Assembly (NCBI RefSeq): GCF_001598855.1
Contig: NZ_BCZS01000012.1
Span: forward strand, 93,551-157,550
Length of the DNA stretch: 64,000 bases
Reading direction: 5' to 3'
Origin: Pluralibacter gergoviae ATCC 33028 = NBRC 105706
GTDB taxonomy: Bacteria > Pseudomonadota > Gammaproteobacteria > Enterobacterales > Enterobacteriaceae
Every line of letters begins with the position of its first letter. The first letter of the stretch is position 1. This document shows, in pieces, positions 35,333 to 44,093 of this stretch. A model generated the notes under the pieces. The model saw only the letters and a program-made list of their open reading frames with translations, made no database searches and was not told the origin of the DNA. The translations under genes and the position numbers were made by a program.

Positions 35333-35782
35333 ATGAGTCTCTTTAGTTTTGTGAAAGACGCGGGTGAGAAACTGTTGGACGCGGTAAGCGATAAAAGCCC
35401 CGAAAGCCTGGGCCAGACGCTGAAGTCGCACCTGCAAAAGCTGAATCTGCCGGGGGCCGATAAGGTCGATGTGAAGGTGGATGAGAACGGTAAAGCCGAA
35501 GTGTCAGGTGACGGCCTGAGCCAGGAGGCGAAGGAAAAAATGATGGTGGCGGTGGGTAACGTCTCCGGCATCGCCGAGGTGGTCAACAATATGAAAGCCA
35601 CCGACGGCGGCGCAGAGAGCACCTACTACACCGTGAAGTCCGGCGATACGCTGAGCGCTATTGCAAAGTCGCAGTACGGTGATGCCAACGCCTACAATAA
35701 GATTTTTGAAGCCAACAAGCCGATGCTCAGCCATCCGGATAAGATCTATCCCGGCCAGACGCTGATCATTCCGAAGAAATAA
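35333..35782 (+). CDS. BON+LysM potassium-binding protein, YgaU/Kbp-like ([14 protein letters not shown] start)
   Basis: Full-length resemblance to E. coli YgaU; C-terminal LysM ([14 protein letters not shown]...IYPGQ). Confidence 0.85.
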   Translation: MSLFSFVKDAGEKLLDAVSDKSPESLGQTLKSHLQKLNLPGADKVDVKVDENGKAEVSGDGLSQEAKEKMMVAVGNVSGIAEVVNNMKATDGGAESTYYTVKSGDTLSAIAKSQYGDANAYNKIFEANKPMLSHPDKIYPGQTLIIPKK

Positions 35783-35820
35783 TAACCTCACCGCAGGGGC
35801 GCACTGCCCCTGCAGTTTCG

Positions 35821-36231
35821 CTACTCCCGCCGCAGCCGCTTCGAGTTACAGATCCACAGCGTCACCACCAGCAGCAGAATCGATCCGGAATACATCAGCA
35901 CGTCAACGGGCGACTGGTGATCGACGATAATCAGCCGCACAATGGCGGTGATGCCGATATAGACGAAATAGCGCAGCGGGAAGTGAAATCCCGACTGGAA
36001 ATACTTCACGATCAGGGCGATAAACTCGAAGTAGAGAAAGTAGACCACCAGCCCCTCGACCAGCTCAAACTTGCTGGTCTTTTCCGGCGCAAACAGGACG
36101 TCGGCGAGGTGCAGCGTCTCCTTACCGAGAAACACGACCAGGATTACGGCCAGGCACAGCAGCCCAAGGTTAAGCACAATCTGCAGAAGCGTTGAGATAA
36201 GCTCGACCAGCGGTCGTGGCAGGGAATTCAT
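35821..36231 (-). CDS. psiE: phosphate-starvation-inducible protein PsiE
   Basis: 136 aa, near-identical to E. coli PsiE. Confidence 0.93.
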   Translation of the reverse strand: MNSLPRPLVELISTLLQIVLNLGLLCLAVILVVFLGKETLHLADVLFAPEKTSKFELVEGLVVYFLYFEFIALIVKYFQSGFHFPLRYFVYIGITAIVRLIIVDHQSPVDVLMYSGSILLLVVTLWICNSKRLRRE

Positions 36232-36349
36232 GACGTCAGCTCCATTGTTAACATGGAGTGTTGTATAGCGCAGAAATGTGACGCAGATCTACATTTTTTA
36301 CTTATCTTTTGTGATGTTTTTATTGTCCGTTTATCCCGGGAGGAGAGCG

Positions 36350-36862
36350 ATGCTACAGATACGGCTCGCGACCGAAGAAGATGCCCCGCGGCTCAGCGCG
36401 ATGGGGAAAATCAGCTATCCGCACCACTTTGCCCACCTCTGGCACAGCCCGCAGGAACTTGCGGCTTTTGTCGAGAAAGAGTACGCGCCGGAGTCCATCG
36501 CCAGAACTATGACGCACGACGCCAGCCGCTGGCTGATCGCCACGCGCGACAGCGCTGACGCCGGCTTCGCGAAGTTCAGCTTTCAGCGTAGCGCTGAGCC
36601 GGGCGGCGTAACGGGAACCCTGCTGCACAAACTTTACCTGATGCCGGGCGCAACCGGGGCAGGATGCGGAGAGGCAATGATGAATGAGGTGATCCGCCAG
36701 GCAAAAGCGCACGGCGAACGCTACCTCTGGCTGGAAGTGCTGGCTGAAAATCCGCGCGCCAGGCGGTTTTACGAACGCCTGGGTATGACGCACCTCAGAG
36801 ACACGACCTTTGCCTCCGCTACGCAGGTTAGCGTGCTGCAGGTGCTGGGGATGAGGATTTGA
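36350..36862 (+). CDS. GNAT-family N-acetyltransferase (MLQIRLATEEDA start, GGGAGGAG RBS)
   Basis: Acetyl-CoA binding motif region (RFYERLGM); occupies the position of yjbEFGH in E. coli. Confidence 0.75.
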   Translation: MLQIRLATEEDAPRLSAMGKISYPHHFAHLWHSPQELAAFVEKEYAPESIARTMTHDASRWLIATRDSADAGFAKFSFQRSAEPGGVTGTLLHKLYLMPGATGAGCGEAMMNEVIRQAKAHGERYLWLEVLAENPRARRFYERLGMTHLRDTTFASATQVSVLQVLGMRI

Positions 36863-36916
36863 GGGCGAGAAGACAAAAAGCCCTTCTCACCGGGAAGGGC
36901 TTACTGTATTAGGCGA

Positions 36917-38566
<1,650 letters not shown>

Positions 38567-38809
38567 AACAATACTCTTTCTGGTGTGAGATTTGTGACCT
38601 TGGTCGATTGTAGCGCCTGAGATCGGGATTGTGATGATTTTTATATCATTGCCAGGGCGATACACCGTTATTCGTAAAATGCCCCGCAAAGTATAGTTGT
38701 TATAAGCGCCATTACTTCGTCTTATCTCTGCATGAAAAATCCGCATAACCGCAACATTGACAGCACACCGTATTAACCCGTATTTATTATGTACAACCTG
38801 CACTTACGC

Positions 38810-39060
38810 AGGCCAGAAGAGGCGCGTTGCCCAGGTACGGTGTTTGAGAAGCCGGTTCGACGAAAGCACCTGAGGGGGAGCAACGCCGAGGTGATTAAAC
38901 GTCCTGGCGCGTTAATCACCGGCTACAGGGGCTGAATCCCCTGGGCTGTCACCAGAAACGTTCCCAGTCGGGCGTTTCGCAAGGTGGAGCACTTCTGGGT
39001 GAATTCGTAGTTGTTAACTGCTCTGCGCCCACCCTGTTTTTCGCTCTTCCCTTGTGCCAT
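38810..39060 (+). ncRNA. lysine riboswitch (LYS element/L-box) in the lysC 5' leader
   Basis: Leader nearly identical to the E. coli lysC leader (GGCCAGAAGAGGCGCGTTGCCCA...CTGAGGGGG...GGGGCTGAATCCCCTGGG...GTCGGGCGTTTCGCAAG...GGAGCACTTCTGGGTGA). Confidence 0.85.
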
Positions 39061-39091
39061 GGCTGAATACTTGACACGAGGTTTTACACTA

Positions 39092-40453
39092 ATGACTACT
39101 GCTCTCTCCTCATTCGTCGTGGCCAAATTTGGCGGCACCAGCGTGGCCGATTATGACGCCATGAACCGCAGCGCCGACGTGGTGCTGGCCGACAGCGCCG
39201 TGCGCCTGGTGGTGCTCTCTGCGTCTGCGGGCGTCACCAACCTGCTGGTGGCACTCTCTGAAGGCCTGGAGGCCACCGAGCGCTTTGTGAAGCTCGATGC
39301 CCTGCGCAAGATTCAGTTCGATATTCTGGAGCGGATGCAGAACCCGCTGGTGATCCGCGAAGAGGTGGAGCGCCTGCTGGATAATATTACCACCCTTGCC
39401 GAAGCGGCCTCGCTGGCGACGTCTGCGGCGCTGACCGACGAGCTGGTCAGCCACGGGGAGCTGATGTCCACCCTGCTGTTTGTCGAGATCCTGCGCGAGC
39501 GCCGCGTGGAAGCGCAGTGGTTCGATGTGCGTAAAGTAATGCGCACCAACCACCAGTTTGGCCGCGCCGAACCGGACGTTCCCGCGCTGGCGGAGCTTGC
39601 CACCCAGCAGCTGGCGCCGCGCCTGGCAGAGAGCCTGGTGATCACCCAGGGCTTTATCGGCAGCGAAGATAAAGGCCGCACCACGACGCTGGGCCGCGGC
39701 GGCAGCGACTATACCGCCGCCCTGCTGGGTGAGGCCCTGCACGCCGGGCGGGTCGATATCTGGACCGACGTGCCCGGTATCTACACCACCGATCCGCGCA
39801 TTGTGCCCGCCGCCCGCCGCATCGACGTTATCGCCTTTGAAGAAGCCGCCGAGATGGCGACCTTCGGCGCCAAGGTACTGCATCCGGCTACCCTGCTGCC
39901 CGCCGTGCGCAGCGACATTCCGGTGTTCGTCGGCTCCAGCAAAGAGCCGAAAGCGGGCGGGACGCTGGTGTGCAATAAAACCGAGCAGCCGCCGCTGTTC
40001 CGCGCCCTGGCCCTGCGCCGCAAGCAGACGCTGCTGACCCTGCACAGTCTCAACATGTTGCATTCGCGCGGCTTTCTGGCGGAGGTGTTCGGCATTCTGG
40101 CGCGCCACAGCATCTCGGTTGACCTGATCACCACCTCGGAAGTGAGCGTCGCCCTGACGCTGGACACCACCGGCTCCACCTCCACCGCCGACACGCTGCT
40201 GACCCAGGCGCTGCTCACCGAGCTGTCGTCCCTGTGCCTGGTGGAAGTTGAGCAGGACCTGGCCCTGGTGGCGCTGATTGGCAACAATCTGGTCAACGCC
40301 CGCGGCGTCGGTAAAGAGGTGTTCGGCGTGCTGGATCCGTTTAATATCCGCATGATCTGCTACGGCGCATCCAGCCACAACCTCTGCTTCCTGGTGCCCG
40401 GCGGCGACGCCGAGCAGGTGGTGCAGAAGCTGCATCATAATTTGTTTGAATAA
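39092..40453 (+). CDS. lysC: lysine-sensitive aspartokinase III; true start at 39092
   Basis: Near-identical to E. coli LysC (VVAKFGGTSVADYDAMNRSA...); the track ORF extends into the riboswitch. Confidence 0.96.
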   Translation: MTTALSSFVVAKFGGTSVADYDAMNRSADVVLADSAVRLVVLSASAGVTNLLVALSEGLEATERFVKLDALRKIQFDILERMQNPLVIREEVERLLDNITTLAEAASLATSAALTDELVSHGELMSTLLFVEILRERRVEAQWFDVRKVMRTNHQFGRAEPDVPALAELATQQLAPRLAESLVITQGFIGSEDKGRTTTLGRGGSDYTAALLGEALHAGRVDIWTDVPGIYTTDPRIVPAARRIDVIAFEEAAEMATFGAKVLHPATLLPAVRSDIPVFVGSSKEPKAGGTLVCNKTEQPPLFRALALRRKQTLLTLHSLNMLHSRGFLAEVFGILARHSISVDLITTSEVSVALTLDTTGSTSTADTLLTQALLTELSSLCLVEVEQDLALVALIGNNLVNARGVGKEVFGVLDPFNIRMICYGASSHNLCFLVPGGDAEQVVQKLHHNLFE

Positions 40454-40481
40454 TATTTAGTGAAGACGGCCCGGAGCTACG

Positions 40482-41285
40482 CTACCGGGCCTTTTTATTT
40501 TGCAGAACGGTGTTCATCAATAGCCAGTCCAGCGCTCGGATGTCACCTTTGCGGCTGTCCGGTAGCGTCGACGGTGTCTCCCCCCGCACCAGTTCCTGCT
40601 GGATAAAAGCGTGCAGCTCCGGCATTCGCGCACCGTAATGCGCCTCCCCGGCGCGCTGCTTTTTCTCAAGCAGCAGAGAGATCTCCTCGCGCAGCGCTGC
40701 ATCCAGCTCACTTCCCGCCAGCAGATCGGCGAAACGCATAGGTGGAATACCTTTTCCCTCCTCGACCCAGCGCACTGCCAGCAGCGGACGCAGCACGTAG
40801 AAATACTTTTTCAGACGCACTTCGCTGCCCTGCAGATAGCCGCGAAAGTTTTTTCGCGCCATTGAGTAGTAATGCCAGCGAGCACGCAAGGGAGAGAACC
40901 ACAGCGGCACCTGCTGGCGTAACTGCCCTACGACCTCATCGTCCTGACGATAGACAATGGGCGATCGCAGCCATTCGATGAGCGTGGGGTTTGCCCCCTT
41001 CAGCAGTCCCAGCGCCTTGCGCCACTCCCAGCCGGAGACATCCAGCTCGTCGTCGATCGGCAGTTCAATAACGTCGCGCTGCGGTTCCACCCTCAGGTAC
41101 CATTCGGGGGCATGCACATAGATAAAGCGGACATCGTAGTCGCTATCCGGTGAAGCGAACCCCCAGCCCCTGCTGCCGGACTCGCAGGCGTAAAGAATGC
41201 GCACATCGTGTTGCTGTTCGATATCTCCGAGCTGCCGCAGCACGCGCTCGCGCATCGCGGTATCAACGCTGTTTAAGGTCATCAT
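40482..41285 (-). CDS. pol-beta-superfamily nucleotidyltransferase (COG3541/Nuc-transf-like), last gene of the RtcR-controlled operon
   Basis: CESGSRGWGFASPDSDYDV = G[GS]x9-13Dx[DE] NTase motif; start lies 3 nt after the rtcB stop. Confidence 0.75.
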   Translation of the reverse strand: MMTLNSVDTAMRERVLRQLGDIEQQHDVRILYACESGSRGWGFASPDSDYDVRFIYVHAPEWYLRVEPQRDVIELPIDDELDVSGWEWRKALGLLKGANPTLIEWLRSPIVYRQDDEVVGQLRQQVPLWFSPLRARWHYYSMARKNFRGYLQGSEVRLKKYFYVLRPLLAVRWVEEGKGIPPMRFADLLAGSELDAALREEISLLLEKKQRAGEAHYGARMPELHAFIQQELVRGETPSTLPDSRKGDIRALDWLLMNTVLQNKKAR

Positions 41286-41288
41286 TTA

Positions 41289-42515
41289 TTATCCTTTCAC
41301 GCACACTACCTGCCGTAGCGTATGTACAATCTCCACCAGCGATAACTGTGCCGCCATCACGGCATCGATATCTTTATAGGCCATCGGGATCTCGTCTATC
41401 ACCTCTGCGTCTTTGCGGCATTCAACGTGCGCCGTAGACCTGATCTGATCCGCAACGGTAAACTGTTTTTTTGCCGCGGTACGGCTCATTGTTCTGCCGG
41501 CGCCGTGGCTGCAGGAGCAGAAGCTCTCAGCATTTCCCAGCCCGCGCACGATAAAACTTTTCGCGCCCATTGAGCCGGGAATGATCCCCATCTGCCCTTT
41601 CTGCGCTGAAACCGCGCCTTTGCGGGTGATAAGTACCTCCTCGCCAAAGTGCGTCTCTTTTTGTACATAGTTGTGGTGGCAGTTAACCGCCTCCTGATGC
41701 GTGGTAAACGGTTTTGCCACTATAAGGGACAGCGCTGCCAGCACCCTGGACATCATGACCTCACGGTTGTGGCGGGCAAAGTCCTGAGCCCACTCAACCG
41801 CTTCAATATAATCATCATAGTGCCGGCTACCCTCGCGGAAATAGGCCAGATTGCAGTCCGGCAGGTTGGCAATATGTTGCTGCATATCTTTCTGCGCCAG
41901 CGTAATAAACAGGTTGCCGATGGCATTCCCTACGCCCCGCGATCCGCTGTGCAGCATGACCCAGACCTGCTGTTGCTCATCCAGGCAAACTTCAATGAAG
42001 TGGTTCCCGGTGCCGAGCGTCCCCAGATGTAAATAGTGATTAGTTTTCTGCAGTTGCGGGTATTTATCCGTCAGTTGCTTAAAACGCGGTGCCAGCACAG
42101 ACCAGTGTCCGTCTACGATTTCAGGCGGCGTATGCCAAGCGCCCTTATCGCGCCGGGAGCGCATATTTGTCCGCCCGTGCGGCACCACCGACTCAATGGC
42201 GCTGCGCAGGCCGCTAAGGTGGTCGGGCAGATCGCCTGCCGTTAGCGACGTGCGCACGGCAATCATGCCGCAGCCGATGTCCACGCCAACTGCGGCCGGG
42301 ATAATTGCGCCTTTAGTAGGAATAACGCTGCCAATAGTCGAGCCTTTTCCGAGATGCACATCAGGCATCACCGCCAGATGCTTAAAAATAAAGGGCATTT
42401 TTGCGGTATTAAGCAGTTGCTCCTGCGCTTTTGCATCGACCGGCACACCGCAGGTCCACATTTTTATCGGCGCGCCGCCTGGCGCACTCACTAACTGGAA
42501 TTGTTCTGTTTCCAT
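41289..42515 (-). CDS. rtcB: RNA-splicing ligase RtcB (3'-phosphate/5'-OH ligase)
   Basis: 408 aa, near-identical to E. coli RtcB, including the NHF metal-site region and the C-terminal CRKDAEVIDEIPMAYKDIDAVM. Confidence 0.95.
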   Translation of the reverse strand: METEQFQLVSAPGGAPIKMWTCGVPVDAKAQEQLLNTAKMPFIFKHLAVMPDVHLGKGSTIGSVIPTKGAIIPAAVGVDIGCGMIAVRTSLTAGDLPDHLSGLRSAIESVVPHGRTNMRSRRDKGAWHTPPEIVDGHWSVLAPRFKQLTDKYPQLQKTNHYLHLGTLGTGNHFIEVCLDEQQQVWVMLHSGSRGVGNAIGNLFITLAQKDMQQHIANLPDCNLAYFREGSRHYDDYIEAVEWAQDFARHNREVMMSRVLAALSLIVAKPFTTHQEAVNCHHNYVQKETHFGEEVLITRKGAVSAQKGQMGIIPGSMGAKSFIVRGLGNAESFCSCSHGAGRTMSRTAAKKQFTVADQIRSTAHVECRKDAEVIDEIPMAYKDIDAVMAAQLSLVEIVHTLRQVVCVKG

Positions 42516-42519
42516 TGCC

Positions 42520-43647
42520 CTATCCTTTAATGTTCACGAGGCCGTTCAATACCTGATCCAGGCCACCGAAAACGGAAATTTTGTCGATACGCTCTGCGAC
42601 TCTCTCAAGCGTCTCCAGTTCTTTAAGACGCAACGCCACGGGGTTGTTCTCCATCACCTTTGCGGTATTCAGCAAAGAGCGCGTCGCGGCCGTCTCTTCT
42701 CTTCGGCGAATAACATTTGCCTGCGCTGCCTTTTCAGCTTCGACCACTCTGGAGAGGATCGCTTTCATATCACCGGGCAGAACGATGTCCTTTACGCCAA
42801 GAGAAGCGATTTCGATACCGAATGCGGCCATTCGCGCCTTCACCTGAGCGCTGACGACCTCATCGATGAGCTGCTTGTCTTCCAGAAGTTCATCGAGCGT
42901 GCGGGTGCCTACTGCTTCCCGCAGCGCGAACTGCAGCTCGCGGTAGAGATATTCCAGCGGTTTTGCCAGTTGCTCGAAAACCTGCATAACGGCGCTATAG
43001 CGCCAGTTTGCCGCCAGGTTCAGGCGCAGGTTTACCTTATCTTTTGTCAGAATCTCCTGACCGCTAACCTCCAGCGCCTGCAGACGGGTGTCTACCACCT
43101 CCGCCTCGACCAGATGATTAACCTGCCACCAGCCCGTCACGCCTGGCGGCAGCAGAGGCTGCGTCTTACCGTCAATTTTCAGCACACCCACGTGCCAGGC
43201 CGGTACCGACACGGCCAGTATGGCGTCCCGGCCTTTTACCGGCTCATTAGCCCGCGGCTGCAGCACCGCACTCATTACTTCGGCGGGTACCCGGGCCTCT
43301 CGGCTATCCATCCGCACCAGCGTGAGTGCATCACCGGCCTGCCAGTACAGTCGACGGGTTAACGGCGGGATAATCTCCTGCAATACGCCGTGCAGATAGA
43401 GGGCGCCGGCTTCGTTTTCCGTCATGTCAGCCTGCAGACAGTAGCGCTCTACCCACTCCGGCTGGAAGCGGCGCAGATAGTCAGCCAGTGAACGTTCAAC
43501 GGCATTGCCATCGGCATTCACGGTCAGGACCTGCGGCGCATTAAACCACGGCAGGCGGTGCTCGCCGGCTTCCAGCACCTTAACGTAGTCTCCGTTTCTG
43601 GAAAGAAGGCCAAGCTGGCCTTTTTTTAGGGTCACTTTTTTCATCAT
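42520..43647 (-). CDS. SPFH/band-7 domain protein without an N-terminal transmembrane segment; first gene of the operon, 4 nt upstream of rtcB
   Basis: C-terminal SPFH signature (TKDKVNLRLNLAANWRY...LGVKDIVLPGDMKAILSRVVEAEKAAQANVIRRRE); N-terminal ~180 aa not recognised; no hydrophobic anchor. Confidence 0.7.
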   Translation of the reverse strand: MMKKVTLKKGQLGLLSRNGDYVKVLEAGEHRLPWFNAPQVLTVNADGNAVERSLADYLRRFQPEWVERYCLQADMTENEAGALYLHGVLQEIIPPLTRRLYWQAGDALTLVRMDSREARVPAEVMSAVLQPRANEPVKGRDAILAVSVPAWHVGVLKIDGKTQPLLPPGVTGWWQVNHLVEAEVVDTRLQALEVSGQEILTKDKVNLRLNLAANWRYSAVMQVFEQLAKPLEYLYRELQFALREAVGTRTLDELLEDKQLIDEVVSAQVKARMAAFGIEIASLGVKDIVLPGDMKAILSRVVEAEKAAQANVIRRREETAATRSLLNTAKVMENNPVALRLKELETLERVAERIDKISVFGGLDQVLNGLVNIKG

Positions 43648-43940
43648 TTCTCTGATCCTTTTTCTGGACAGGCGCGGGTGCCGTACGGAGCGGCAGGGGA
43701 AGACCTTTTCGCCTGTCGCCCGGTATCTTTACCGGCTGCCTGCTTTGGGGACGCCCAACTGCGCGCTGCCCCGGTATTGCTCTGTAAACCATTTATCACT
43801 GAGAAGAGTGAGTCGGGAATCGAACCCTGTTCAGGTGTCAGCGGCTGACGGAACACGTCGGAAATACAGCCAGTGCTGTTTCGGAAGTGCCGGCGGGGTA
43901 CAAACCCCTGCGCTTTCAGCGTATTGACCCATACGTTAAA

Positions 43941-43955
43941 GCCAGATACGTGCCA
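43941..43955 (-). promoter_or_regulatory. candidate sigma54 promoter TGGCAC-GTATC-TGGC (minus strand) about 290 nt upstream of the SPFH-rtcB-NTase operon
   Basis: GG-N10-GC spacing matches the -24/-12 consensus; RtcR is a sigma54 activator by established knowledge. Confidence 0.5.
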
Positions 43956-44093
43956 GAAGCGGAAGATCACGTTTTTTTTGCTTTCAATTAACTGATAAAT
44001 AAAGAATTAAAAATTTAAATGCTGGGTTGCTATTGTTTGAAAAATGCAAATTAACTATCTTTTAATATCGCTATTTATCCCACAGGATAAGAT

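Noticed and set aside
43815-43827. GGGAATCGAACCC (minus strand GGGTTCGATTCCC) as a bona fide tRNA gene or tRNA-derived att site
   Set aside because: No complementary acceptor stem, no CCA or discriminator context and no D-arm with G18G19; retained only as a tRNA-like motif within the rtc leader (see findings)
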